A DNA stretch of 63,535 nt, filler included, from Octopus bimaculoides (Eukaryota): NCBI RefSeq assembly GCF_001194135.2. It is 6 parts of 6 records of this genome, joined end to end, with 100 filler letters (N's around TTAATTAATTAA, not from the genome) between each part and the next. Parts side by side here need not be neighbours in the genome. Positions count along the whole stretch, not along the records: positions 10,531 to 23,918 come from NC_068991.1; positions 24,019 to 32,885 come from NC_068989.1; 4 more parts are not named here. One strand, given 5' to 3'. Positions 13,801-27,888 of this stretch are shown one piece after another. Made by a program: the position numbers and the translations under genes. The stretch's first letter is position 1; each line of letters starts with the position of its first letter. Under the pieces are notes generated by a model. That model ran no database searches. It saw only the letters and a list, made by a program, of their open reading frames with translations, and had not been told where the DNA came from.

Positions 13801-14615
13801 GTATAGGTTGGTGTTGGTTCTACGATCAGTGTGATCGGAACTGTAGTAAAGGAAAGGTATTTGCTACTAATTTCATGCTTGTAGAAAATACTATGAAGAA
13901 GGAAGACTTTGAAAAAGGTTGATAGGAATGACAACTGACGCAGAATGGAATCTAGAAGGCTTTTTTTTTTTTAAAAAGTATATAAAAAAAAAAAGACAAG
14001 AGATTTTGGAAATAAAGATGTCATTTTGTTTCTTTCTTTGCCTGACTTTTTGCCTGGCTATCATTCTCTGCCTCATACACAATACCACGTATACTTTCTT
14101 TCTTTCTGTCTGTCTTTCTTTCTTTCTCTCTCTCTCACTTTCTCTCACTTTCCATTCCTTTCACTCTGTGTATATGGATCGGCACCCTGTCGTTACAATA
14201 TCAGTATAAAATTTAATCTATTTCTACTTTACGTTTTCTATATTTGCCAATGTCGTTTTTGCTATTGTTGTAGTAATTGTTTATCAATGTTGTTTTATTT
14301 TTACATTGAAAACAAGCCACACAATAAATTCAGGTGAATGAAGCCTAACATAAGAGCACTTGCTTTAATATATTCCACTCTACTAAGTATAAAAGACTAT
14401 TACGTATGTAGAAGGATATAAGTTATATATAGAAGGTCACATTAAATTGTTATGATATTTCTGCGTTCAGTCATTGTTCTTGTTCAGCTCCCAGACAACC
14501 TTGATCTGACAAACCTATGATCAAAGTCATTCCAGGCATGACCATCTGTTATTATTATCATTATTATCATTATTATTATTATTATCATCATCGTCATCGT
14601 CATCATCATCATCAA

Positions 14616-14660
<45 letters not shown>

Positions 14661-15027
14661 ACGTATTTATCTTTTTTGGAAATGGTAATGTTGGGATTGC
14701 GGAATGTACAGTGACCATTTCTGTCAGGTTTAGACGACCCGTAGAGGAACAATTTTTCGGTTAGGTATTGAAATGTATATAATACTGCAAAAAAAAAAAA
14801 GAAAAAGAAAAGAAACGAAAAACGTATTATATGATAAACTAAAACACACATCCACATTAACAAATTGCTATGGTTCAAATGGCCGAAAATTCAATGTCAC
14901 TATCAATAACATCTTTGTTTAAGAATAATATGTTTGTACACAACAAAAGCAAAGAGTAACTCAGCAGATTTAATGTAAAATTGTTTCTTTTATAACTGAA
15001 CATAAAAACAAATGGTAACTCAACTTT

Positions 15028-15088
<61 letters not shown>

Positions 15089-15725
15089 NNNNNNNNNNNN
15101 NNNNNNNNNNNNNNNNNNNNNNNNNNNNNNNNNNNNNNNNNNNNNNNNNNNNNNNNNNNNNNNNNNNNNNNNNNNNNNNNNNNNNNNNNNNNNNNNNNNN
15201 NNNNNNNNNNNNNNNNNNNNNNNNNNNNNNNNNNNNNNNNNNNNNNNNNNNNNNNNNNNNNNNNNNNNNNNNNNNNNNNNNNNNNNNNNNNNNNNNNNNN
15301 NNNNNNNNNNNNNNNNNNNNNNNNNNNNNNNNNNNNNNNNNNNNNNNNNNNNNNNNNNNNNNNNNNNNNNNNNNNNNNNNNNNNNNNNNNNNNNNNNNNN
15401 NNNNNNNNNNNNNNNNNNNNNNNNNNNNNNNNNNNNNNNNNNNNNNNNNNNNNNNNNNNNNNNNNNNNNNNNNNNNNNNNNNNNNNNNNNNNNNNNNNNN
15501 NNNNNNNNNNNNNNNNNNNNNNNNNNNNNNNNNNNNNNNNNNNNNNNNNNNNNNNNNNNNNNNNNNNNNNNNNNNNNNNNNNNNNNNNNNNNNNNNNNNN
15601 NNNNNNNNNNNNNNNNNNNNNNNNNNNNNNNNNNNNNNNNNNNNNNNNNNNNNNNNNNNNNNNNNNNNNNNNNNNNNNNNNNNNNNNNNNNNNNNNNNNN
15701 NNNNNNNNNNNNNNNNNNNNNNNNN

Positions 15726-15757
<32 letters not shown>

Positions 15758-18437
15758 TATGTATATGAATACATACATGTATATATATGTGTTTGTCTAG
15801 AATTATTTTTTGCGTATATATATGCATATATACATATAAGTTTGTTTGTGTGTGTGTGAGATTCTTGCAATGGATTACGAAAACAGCTATACGTTTTGAG
15901 TGCATCGAGTATGTATGCTGGAGGATCAGAACGAAGTTTACTAGGAACGCGCGATGTGACCTTTTGAAGATCTTTTGATGTATTACTTTAGCCTTAAATA
16001 GCGTCATTCATTCCCCAAACATATTGTAATATCTATAATCGTACACAAGTTCTTCAAAAGTCTTTGGATATCACGTTAATATACAAATCTAATATTTACA
16101 TCATCCCTTCCCTTTAATGAAGATCCAAGCCATAGACTTCCCCACATTATGCGAAAGTGAAAGTATTTTCGTCTTTATGGATTCGCAAACTATAATCATG
16201 AGGATCTATAAATACCGATACACAATTTTAACAACCCATAGTCTACATACCTTCCGGGTCGAGCTACTATCAATGTTTCCATAAAGTTTGGTGATTTAGC
16301 AAACCAGATTAATTATGAAAAATTATTTAAAAAATGAAGAAGAAAACCATTCTGGAATACTTTCTTTACTTAAAAGTTTGCTTACTAACCATAGCTTTTT
16401 TTGCCTATAAGTATATAAATATAAAAAGGGTGTGTTGATTGTTATTTTCACCTCATTACAATCAATATATTTGAAATTAATTTTGAAATAATTTACACAG
16501 AATTCAGTAAATCAATGAATATTAAAACAAAGAGGATTTTCATTATAAAAAGAAATCTATTAACTTTTAATTACGAAAGCAAAATTATTCCCTTATAGAG
16601 CCAAGAACGTTTAGAAATGTTCAACTACTATCATTCTGTGTCTCTGCACCAACTCCACTGCATTTTATTTTTCAAGGAGTTAACAAAATAATTCTTATTT
16701 TATACCGTTTAATTTTTGATTGCTGCATATGTTTATATTTAAAGAATGAAAGTGTTCGATTATAATCCAAGTCTTTAAAGGACGAATGTATTTGATAATG
16801 AAATTATTTTGTCCGTAATTTGGCTACTTCAGTATTCTGGAAACTATCGGTAAATTGAACTTTAGTAAGAATGAATTATGACCTTCTACCCTTATATTCT
16901 ACCCTTCTACTCTTCTACCCTTATATTCTAACTTACATTAAAATAAAAAAAGAAGTTGGGAAATCTTTATGTTCCTTTTAAGTATATTATTAGGGGAGTA
17001 ATTAATTTCTAAATAGCTTCTTGGATTTTCCGGAAAATGATGCTCATCTGTGTCTGGGAAAATCAGAAGGATGGGGAAGTTTATTTACTGTTTGTAGCGT
17101 AGAATATAACAGTTCGTTTCCCTTGTTCGTCAGATGACAGTGGAAAGAAGAGAGGAAAATAAAACTGAAAGGTGGAATTGGTAAAGAGATGGCTAAGCAA
17201 GAAGGGTTGTGTAAAAGAATAAGAAACCAAAAGAGATGAGAAGAATAAGAAAGTTCAAACAGTTGGACAGCTCAGTCGATAGGTACATTAACTCAAATAA
17301 CCACATGTAGCGAAACATCTAAAATTGCAGAATAATGCAATTAAGTGCATGTATAGGGTTCTTGGATGTTGTAGGAAGAACTCCATAAATAATCCACACA
17401 GTTATAACAATAATGAATAATTAAATATTTTGGGGTGGATGGAAATGGGTAAAAAAATAGATAGAAGCATTCATGCGAATAGTTACGATGAAAGATTAAT
17501 TTATTATGAGTAAAAGCGAAAAGAGCGGGTGGGGGTAACATATTAGAAATACACTATTAAACCCATATTTATATTCACACGAATATAAACAACGGCGTCC
17601 ATATTTCCACACAGTTACATACGCGTACATGTTTATCTCCACACACTTTCACATTAAACATTAACGAATAAACTGAATTACTACGCAGTTTGACAAGGGT
17701 TAGAGGCATATTAAGTAAAATTTTTAAATAAAATAACGTCTTCTAACTTTGAGTTTGCTCATTATCTGCTTCATAAAAACAAACATCTCTTTTGCCAAGT
17801 CATCGAGAATTAATTAATTAATTAAAATAAAAATTAACGATAATGAGTTAGAAAACAGTGAACTAACTAAAGAATTAAAGTACTTTATTAACTAACGCAT
17901 GATATTATTCATATCGTTTTCTTCTTATTATTTGTGAAACCAAAAAGTATTTTTCTTTCAAATAACAGACAACGTCCTAAAGTACAACTTCAAACAAGAT
18001 CACTTTGAGGAGTCGTTTTCTTAATGCTATGGCGAGGATATGCGATGGAACTACTTACGAAAATATGTTTGCAGCGAAAATATATACAATTATTAGCTAA
18101 AGAGTATTGATAGCGAAAAATACACAAAAAATAAAACAAAATGAAGTAAAACTGTAGAACAACACCTGTTTCATTAGCCTCGCTAAAACCAATAAAATCA
18201 CTGATATCAATGGCTGCGTCGCCACGTGGCAAGATTACAGTTTCATGAAGTGTGTTTGTTTGTTTGTGTATGTATGTGTGTGTATGTGTGTGTTTGTATC
18301 TGTGTTTGTGTATTTGTGTAAGTGTGTGTGTGGGGAGGGTATATTTTATCGAACACCATCATTATTTTATTTTGATATTTCGTGTTTCATCTACATTGCC
18401 CCACCATCGAATATATGTCAGAATCAATAAAAACTAA

Positions 18438-18612
18438 GGCAGAACCGTTAGCATGCCGAGCAAAATGCTTAGCCGCCTTTCACCCATCTTTACGTTCCGA
18501 TTTCAAACCTCGCCGAGGTCGAGTTTGCCTTTCATCCATTGGGGGTCGATGAATAGGGTATCAGTCGAACACTGAGATCGATGTAATCAGCTTACTCCTC
18601 CGCTAAAACTGG
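18438..18612 (+). mobile_element. tRNA-derived SINE, family B (diverged)
   Basis: ggcagaaccgttagcatgccg...tttcaaacctcgccgaggtcgagtttgcctttcatcc...gggtcgat matches the copies at 42401 and 52165. Confidence 0.8.
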
Positions 18613-18759
18613 TAAATTCCTGATAAACACATGTTTATCTTTTTCATTACCTGTAACCTATGAGGATAATATGCTTACATATGTATGTCGAGGGCTGGCA
18701 ATTATACCGGTAATATACGTGGTATTATTATCCCTTAGACCGTTATTCCAGCCTCTAAC

Positions 18760-18917
18760 TCTACTAACCTATAACTATTTCCTCGCGTTCCTTTCTGATG
18801 AAGAGCGGAGGCTCGAAACGAAAAACCTTTCTCACTTTCCCGAGCGTTAAACTAATACACATGTTTGTTGTTCATACACCTGTCTTCGTCTTTTGTTTTT
18901 CTGTAAAGTTCAACTAT
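18760..18917 (+). mobile_element. Penelope-type terminal repeat (solo pLTR-like) with a minimal hammerhead ribozyme core
   Basis: CTGATGA (18795-18801), A, GAGC-ggag-GCTC stem, GAAAC (18815-18819). Downstream gagcgttaaactaatacac is shared with the copy at 20251; a further decayed copy (60131) follows a Penelope GIY-YIG ORF. Confidence 0.6.
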
Positions 18918-18957
<40 letters not shown>

Positions 18958-18995
18958 GTACACACACACACACACACACACACACNNNNNNNNNN

Positions 18996-19049
<54 letters not shown>

Positions 19050-20000
19050 CTTTTTCATTTTGAAGACAAACACTGATAGTGACTTCGTAACCTCGAAGTT
19101 TCTGCTTCCTACTTGACGTCAAACTGTATTACTTTAAACTTCGTGGCTTGAAATAATTTGGGGAAGATTGTATGTTTGTTAGTGAACTTAGCCAATTCTT
19201 GGAAGTCACTGTGAATGTTTTCTTGAAAAAATTGATAAAATATGTACCCTGCTGATCCTTTAATCTACTGTTAAATTGTTTTTATATATAACTTCATGCA
19301 AATACAATTATGTACATGTATGTATTTATATGTGCATATAATACGAGAAAGTGAACAAACGGAAGTAGTACCCATCACATATAGCTGGAGTGGTATCTAT
19401 TGAGTAGCTGAGAATCTTCAGGCTACTTAGGAGTTCGGGGAAGGCGGGGAAAAAAAGAAAAACATAAATAGCTCTCCATACGCCGTGGTGCTGATCGTCT
19501 CATTTTTACCTCTATGAAATTTAGGAAACATGAGAATCTATGTCACCGTGTTACTCTCTCTCCCTCTCTTTATACATACATATATATACAAACCTACATA
19601 TATACATACATAAAGGAATGGATATTAAATTATATGTAGAGAGTGAGTAAACATATTATATGAAGAGACGTATGAAAGTGCAGGTGGATTTTTGTAAGAG
19701 GATGTATAAAAAGACATTCAAATACGAGTAAAATGTGTTTGCAGCTGATCGAAGTAATAAATATATGCAAACTGTAGAGTGATAAGTGTAGAAAATGCTC
19801 AACACATACCGAGAGTCCTCTTACTTGACTACTATTTGTGTAGTCCATTCCCTTAGAAGCTTTTTGGTCAAGTGTTTAACCTTCGAATAACTTCATCGTT
19901 CCTTCCAACAGTTTTGGACGCCTGGTACAGAGCTATTCCCCACAAGGTGCTTAGAAAACTATAGCTAACGCGCAAATAACAAATGTATTATGTTATCTTT

Positions 20001-20190
20001 CATCTTTTTACTTGTTGCAGCCATTAGACTGCGGTCATGCTGGAGTAACAGCTTGAGGAATTTTAGTCGAACAAGTCGACTCCAGTGCTTATATTAAACA
20101 TGGTACTTATAGTAGCCCCTTCGGTTTAACAGCAAAGTTACGAGAACTTACACCAACATCGGTTGTCGACCAGTGGTAGGAACATACACG
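20001..20190 (-). mobile_element. SINE family A, 3' fragment (old)
   Basis: tttacttgttgcagccattagactgcggtcatgctggagtaacagc...caccaacatcggttgtc aligns to the reverse complement of 21720-21900. Confidence 0.7.
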
Positions 20191-20224
20191 GTATAAAGAT
20201 ATATATATATATATATATCTTATT

Positions 20225-20360
20225 CTTTCCATTTTTCCTCCCGTCCCTTTCTGTCGAAGAGCATAGGTTCGAAACGTCAAACACTTTTCCGTTCTTCTCG
20301 AGCGTTAAATTAATACACCTGCTACTTCCTTCAATTTCTTTGACTTTTGTTTTCTTGTAG
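20225..20360 (+). mobile_element. Second copy of the Penelope-type terminal repeat with a degenerate hammerhead core
   Basis: ttt-CTGTCGA-A-GAGC-atag-GTTC-GAAAC-GTC-aaa (20248-20281), followed by gagcgttaaattaatacac as at 18840. Confidence 0.6.
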
Positions 20361-20383
20361 AAAGAAAGGAAAGAATCTCATGA

Positions 20384-20422
<39 letters not shown>

Positions 20423-20449
20423 TGAGATTCTTTCCTTTCTTTCTACAAA

Positions 20450-20572
20450 ACCGACTCAAGAGACTTTGGTGAGTGAGACACTATAGTAGAAGATACTTTC
20501 TAAGTTGACACATAGTGAAACTGAACTCGGAACCATAGTGGCTGAGAAGTAAACATATTCCCACACAACTAC
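20450..20572 (-). mobile_element. SINE family A, 5' fragment (old)
   Basis: actatagtagaagatactttctaagttgacacatagtgaaactgaactcggaaccat is the reverse complement of the family A head. Confidence 0.6.
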
Positions 20573-21453
20573 GATTTATATTTTCTGCTGGAAAAATTTG
20601 TAACTTGGACAAATTTGAAATATTTCACGCAAAATTACGTGAGAGAATATAACAATTGATGGGCCTCTCGTCAAGTGACCAGTGTCCGTTTCTTCTGCGA
20701 GAAACTTTCATCCGTATTTTTTACATAATATTTGTGGTTTTAATTCAAGGATGGGAATTATTCAATTTTCTGGTGGCACCCCCGAGTTTAGCAGTCCTGT
20801 CAATAACCTATTTGCTCAGTGAGTAAAATTACCACTGCACTGACTCACATGAACTATATTGATCAGTTATATATATCACCGCTTTTAAATATATATTTAA
20901 ACAATTTGAAATGTGCAGAAAAATATGATATAAGGTATATATATGCTACTAGAAATGTATGTTGATATATAACATAGACACAATGCCAGAAATCTGAAGC
21001 AAAAGCGAACAGTATCATACACCAACATACACATTTGATTAGTCTTTAATTGTATTAACTTTAGAAAAATTGGAAAAATTGAAACCTCGGTGGTTTTGAA
21101 CCCCTGACCAAATACATATTTCGATTCTAAAGTTTTCACATATCCACATTTTTTAGTAGGAATTATGTAAGAATTTGAATAGTATTGCATAACATTACTT
21201 AAAAAATGGCCTACTACTATATGAAGAAATATGTACCCAGGTGGTTAGTATAAGAGAAGTATACTGAAATACATTGTATCAACTATTAATGTATGCAAGA
21301 GCACGTGAAGAACAACTATGTAGAGGTAGCTTCTACACAATTTTATAAATGTAACATAAATTACATATAAATTACAGGTAGGAGGAAATATGTACACCAA
21401 TTTATCAATTCTATAGATACATATGTATATATGTGTGTGTGTCTGTGTGCGTT

Positions 21454-21500
<47 letters not shown>

Positions 21501-21503
<3 letters not shown>

Positions 21504-21900
21504 CGCAGGAGTGGCTGTGTAGTAAGTAGCTTGCTTCCCAACCATATGGCTGTGGGTTCTGTCCTACTGCATGGCAACTTGGGTAAGTGTCTTCTACTAT
21601 AGCCTCGGGCCGACCAAAGCCTTGTGAGTGGATTTCGTAGACGGAAACTGAAAGAAACCCGTCGTATATATATATGTATGTATATGTGTGTATATGTTTC
21701 TCTGTCTGTGTTTGTCCTCCCACCATCGCTTGACAACCGATGTTGGTGTGTTTACGTCCCCGTAGGTTAGCGGTTAGGGAAAAGAGACCGATAGAATAAG
21801 TACTAGGCTCATAGAAAGTAGGTCCTAGTTTCGATTTGCCCGAGTAAAGGCGGTGCTCCACCAAGGCCGTAGTCAAATGACTGAATACGTAAAAGAATAT
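21501..21900 (+). mobile_element. Full-length tRNA-derived SINE, family A
   Basis: tRNA-like head with A/B-box-like motifs (tggctgtgtagtaag...gggttctgtcc), conserved body (cttgggtaagtgtcttctactatagcctcgggccgaccaaagccttgtgagtggattt), internal TA/TG microsatellite and tail gtcaaatgactgaatacgtaaaagaata. About nine more partial copies occur in the window. Confidence 0.92.
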
Positions 21901-21907
21901 ACACGTT

Positions 21908-21969
<62 letters not shown>

Positions 21970-22993
21970 CATATATGCATCCACATGTATATGTGTGTGT
22001 GTGTATATATATATGTATGTATACACATATGCATCACACATACACACACATGTATATATAGACATATATAGAATATGTATATGAATTGTAATTTGGATTA
22101 TAAGAATTGGCATGTAAGTAATGTACTGCAAACAAAAGTAGGTAAAGTCGTATGCAGCATCATGTAGGTTAGATATACTTGGACATAAGGAAATGTGGTG
22201 TATCTTCCTGGATACATATATAGTTAAATCAAAAAATATGTGTTATCATTTGGAGAAGTTTAGAGAAATTGTTGCGGTGGAAATAACCAAGAAATATAGG
22301 CAGAGTTGATTTTTGCACAATAATATACGTTGATAATTACCTAGCTAAAATGCGTTTTATATATCCTTGTATATCGAAGAATATAGCTACAGTTGAACAG
22401 CTGCAGAATTACAGTCGAGGCCACATTTTGTGAATAAAGAGTTGTAAACTTCTTCAGATATGTCATATAATATACGCTCACACACACACACTGCGAGCGC
22501 GCATAAACATATAAGCATAGAAATATATAACCTTATATATATATAAATATATATATNNNNNNNNNNNNNNNNNNNNNNNNNNNNNNNNNNNNNNNNNNNN
22601 NNNNNNNNNNNNNNNNNNNNNNNNNNNNNNNNNNNNNNNNNNNNNNNNNNNNNNNNNNNNNNNNNNNNNNNNNNNNNNNNNNNNNNNNNNNNNNNNNNNN
22701 NNNNNNNNNNNNNNNNNNNNNNNNNNNNNNNNNNNNNNNNNGTGTACGTGCAATTGTGTGCGCGTGTTTTGATGAAAAATACATTTTGAAATGCATCGAA
22801 TCAATTAGAGTGTAATGTTTACTGTCAGGCTTTAATGGAAATCTAATTATAATGATATGTTGAACTACTATTCACCTACAAGGTATATATTTATCTCTAT
22901 TATGCAATGACTGAAAAGGAAGACGGTTAGGAGGACTCATAATTATACCTTTAGGGAAATATTCCCTTTATCTCACTTTATTATTGTGTATCC

Positions 22994-23064
<71 letters not shown>

Positions 23065-23864
23065 CATAAATATATATCTGTCTGACTGTCTGTCCACCTG
23101 TCTGCCTGTCCGTCCGTCCGTCTGTCTGTAAGTTTGTCTGTATAAGCACACACACATACACATACACAAACATATATACTTTTTCCTTCTTTTATTCGTT
23201 TCGAACATGCACACACACGCACGCACATATATATTAAGATAAGTGCTTTTTGTGTTTAATTGAGTCGTTTTTTTAACTCTGCTTTCTAGCAATGCTCGTA
23301 TTATTTTGTATCCTTGTTTATAAATTTGCCTGTAACTTTTAATTGCGAATGGGTCACACACACATATAAACACACACAAACACACACATACCAATACATA
23401 CACAGACACACACAAGCTCACGCAAACACACGCACAGAAATACATACGCACACACACAAACACAAACAAACATACACACACACACACACACAGACACACA
23501 CACAGACACACACACAGACACACATATGCCTACATAAGTGTATCTAGCTACCTATACCTTTCTTTGTAATCTTTTCGGAATTCCTTTCATAAGTATGAGG
23601 TTATAACATGTCTTGATGTAAATGTTTATATTCATTCATATCGAAGCGGCTGATTATCCACTTCCGACGTATGGAATCGAAAACAGACAGGTTGGAAATC
23701 GAACTTACTTTGTGCAGGAATGTAAATAAATACCACAATGTCTTTTTCTATTTGTACATACATACATACATACATACATACTTACATAGATAGAAGCATA
23801 TATACATACATAGATGTGTATATATATATGTATATATATATATACATATATATATATATGTATG

Positions 23865-23905
<41 letters not shown>

Positions 23906-24573
23906 GTATGTATATATANNNNNNNNNNNNNNNNNNNNNNNNNNNNNNNNNNNNNNNNNNNNTTAATTAATTAANNNNNNNNNNNNNNNNNNNNNNNNNN
24001 NNNNNNNNNNNNNNNNNNTATATATGTATATGTATATGTGTGTATGTATGTGTATGTATGTATATATGGATAAGTATACTGGTAAAGTGTATGTATGCAT
24101 ATGTATACGGGTAAAGGAACGGGTAATATAGTATAGTACAACGAAATAAAACAAATAAATTAATCTAGTGGAAATTCACAGGAGAGCAATAAAAATAAAA
24201 AATCAAGGAGTTATCTCCCCTATAATAACAGAAAGATAAACTGTAACGGGACTTTAATAATTTAATGATCGTTATGTATGTGTTTTTTCGTGTTTTGTTC
24301 CGATGGTAACCATTCCTGAAGAAGTGCTAAATGTCAAAATCCAATGGACCAGTCACTGGATAAGTTTGGCACAGAAATGTTAACATAGAGTGGTGAATAA
24401 ATCGATATATCGAGTTTGAAGTCTCTGTCTCTTTCGAATATGAAAATTTAAAAGTTGAAACCTTATAATATAAATATAAACTGTGAGAACGACCCTTAAG
24501 GAATCTAGTTAATGATCCCCTAAGGTAAGTTCTTATGCTATATTGGTAACGGTTGCTACATCCTCTGGAAAAT

Positions 24574-24610
<37 letters not shown>

Positions 24611-25369
24611 TTAAATAATGAGGGTAGAAATTAATATTATTAATTAATATCAATTTAGACCGGTGGCATGGCATACTTAAAAATATTCGAAGACTATAAA
24701 TTATATTAAATATATAAATATGTACCTATGTATGTATGTATGCATTCATATATTGATACATACGCACATATACATGCATATATACATATGCATAAACATG
24801 ATTATTACACTACACAAGCTCCCCACACAGCTGCAAGCGCACATGCACACACACACTTATATATGCATATACAAACATATATTATGATAATATAATATTA
24901 AAATATAATTCATAAAACTGCATCCAGTGATATCCTCATCTTAATTTATTTACATCTTAATCTACTTTGTTAGGAATACCTTGAACTATCCTTATTATTT
25001 ATATACTTATTATTGTTTTATTTTTACTTTTTGTTTTCAATTTTGATCTCTTGTCTTTATAAATTTTTATTAATTTCATTTCTTATATTTGTATGTTTTT
25101 CTTATTAATTTTTTATTCTTTATATTATATTTTTATCGTATATTCTTAAATTTTTTTATATATTATTAAATTTTTATATCTTTCATTCCTACCTTCGCAT
25201 ATACTGGTGTAACATTCTATGAGTCGCGGAGTATGTAACAGCTTCTCTCCGCAGAGACGTGATGCAATATGGTACTTAAACTGATATCTTTTCAGTTATT
25301 TATAATTACACTCTACAACTATAATATATTCTTTATATAAACGTATATATATATATATATATATATAAT

Positions 25370-25501
<132 letters not shown>

Positions 25502-25884
25502 TTAGAACAGTAAGTTGTCAAAATAGAACTTGGACTTTTGAATGTCGGAGTAAAGAGCTACGATGCATTCTCGTCGGTTATTAATGGCAATAGACGCTAT
25601 GAAAAACCGTTGAATGAAAGGGAAATTACTTTAATAGGTAGAAAAAGAAAAAAGGAAAGATAAAAATACATGCAACCATACATAGACATAAACCTCCTGC
25701 GTTCATAACGTCTACGTATGTACACACTCGCACAAACATGTATGCGTACATGCACATACAAACACAAACATATATGTCCATATATGTCCATGTACGTACT
25801 CATAAATACACACATATCTACACAACAATAGCATGAATTTAACGTCTGATTTGTGGAAGTAGTTCGTAATACACAATGCCCTTC

Positions 25885-26960
25885 CAATCCCACCAGATTC
25901 AACAACATGGACATGAACGTACAGTTCACTATAGACCATCCCGACAACACTGGATCACTATCGCTACTTGACTTCTAACTGAAAATAACGAAGAAGGAGA
26001 GATCCACTCCGAGCTCTACAGAAAAACAGTAGTGATGTTTGTTCAGTACAGTTCAGCACTTCCACTCGGTGCCAAAATAGGATACGCTAGAAATGAACTT
26101 GCACGCATCCAGAGCAAGTGCAGCAGAACAGAGGACAAGGTTACCCACACTACACGCTTCCTGGAGATATTGAAAACCAACGGGTACCCTATATCCATTG
26201 TAAATCAGCTTAAGTACCCAAGACGACAAATACGCCGAACACACAGAAAACCCAGCAACACATGCTTCCTTAAAATACCCCATTTTAGCAAGAGGATAAC
26301 TACAACCATCCGAAGAGCCATAAGAAGAGGACTAGACATACAACTAGCCCACTCCAGCCCCGCTCTGAGAAGACACCTCGCAAAGAAACGAGCAAGGGAC
26401 AGCAATCAATGCATACTGCCCCATCCGTGACACAGCTTTATGCCAACGGGTAAATATTGTGTATAGAATACAATGTAACATATGCAACAAGTTCTATGTG
26501 GGTAGCACAAGAAGACCATTACACATTCGCATCAAAGAACATCTAAACACGTGAGCCTCCTCCTTCAAAAAAACATCTGGATAGATGTCGGAACACCGAC
26601 AAAAGCATAACAGTCACAACTGAGGCCAATGAAAGAAATTTGAGTAATCTAAGAATTAAGGAGGCTATCCTCATAGACAGACAAGGGCCCCAAATTAATA
26701 ACAGGCTGGATGCGTGTAAGTTCATTTTTGATAACATGCTCATGTATTATTTATAAAAACAAAAGAAAGAAAGAAAGGAAACTGCACGTATAATACATAA
26801 CTTAGAAGCAGCGTCATGGATGTGCCAGCACGCACGAGCTTGAGACATGGCCGCTCTCACGCACCTCTTATGAGGAATTCCGGAAGGAGCTTCGTGAGAC
26901 CACTGCAGAGACGCTTCCAGAAAAAAAAAACGTTGGAAAACCGATTATAGCAGTGACTCG
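25885..26960 (+). mobile_element. Penelope-like retroelement: RT C-terminus, GIY-YIG endonuclease and 3' region
   Basis: RFNNMDMNVQFTIDHPDNTGSLSLLDF (RT end); ORF 26032..26430 (LYRK...SSALP...LKTNGYP); IVYRIQCNICNKFYVGSTRRPLHIRIKEHL (GIY-YIG, about 26456-26546); LRIKEAILIDRQGPQINNR. Contains stops and frameshifts. Confidence 0.92.
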
Positions 26961-27155
26961 ATCAATTCCTAGGGATATCTGAAGAAGGAATTTTTGTATT
27001 ACGAAATATTATATCATATCAGACTATGGATGATTAAATTATAACAGTTATTAAAGTCCATTGTTGTTATTATAGTGCATTGATGTGCCATTCAAGACAC
27101 ATCATATTTTACAAACAATACACAATGCTTCAAGTTACCAACAATATAAATATAC

Positions 27156-27205
<50 letters not shown>

Positions 27206-27888
27206 GCATACATTCATACTCCCGCATACACGTATATATATATACATGCACACTCACACACATACAAATATATGCAGTATATATGTGTGTTTGTGCGCGC
27301 GCCTGTGTATTAAATCAAGTGACAGGATTTCAATCTTTATTGATTCTTATTTCGTATCAGAGGAATTAAATCTAAATATGTCTGGATGTTAAACTGATTC
27401 GTTTATCAAATATATTTTTCGATGTCTCTACAGATTTCTATCTCAATAAAATTTTCATTGCAAACATTTGTCATATTATCTCTAGATAATATAAAGGATA
27501 ATAGAATCGGATGGATGTGACTTTCGCTGTTAATTGATTTCTACTTGTACTTTGAATCAAAACATTTTTGAACGCATCTCTTCAGAGCAGAAGAGGGGAA
27601 TTGAAAAGTATCGTATATACATGAGAACCATTCCTTTATAGCAGAATCTCGTCCAAATTAGAATTATCTGACCCTAGATTTAAAGTAGGATATCGCAGAG
27701 TTACCTGACGATCCACCCTAATTCATAACCTAAAATTTTATCTATGTGCAAATAGTGTTTGCCACTCAAAAAACTCACAAGGAAATTTGTGTATGATTGC
27801 TCGACCTTCTAGAAATATTTGTCATGTCGTCAAGATGGACATGTTAGTTAATTTAGTCCTAAATGTACTATGCTTGAAATCCTATGAC

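Noticed and set aside
16153-16164. Perfect IRF element GAAAGTGAAAGT
   Set aside because: It is an isolated 12-mer about 40 kb from the only supported gene, with no other promoter evidence; chance is plausible in AT-rich DNA.
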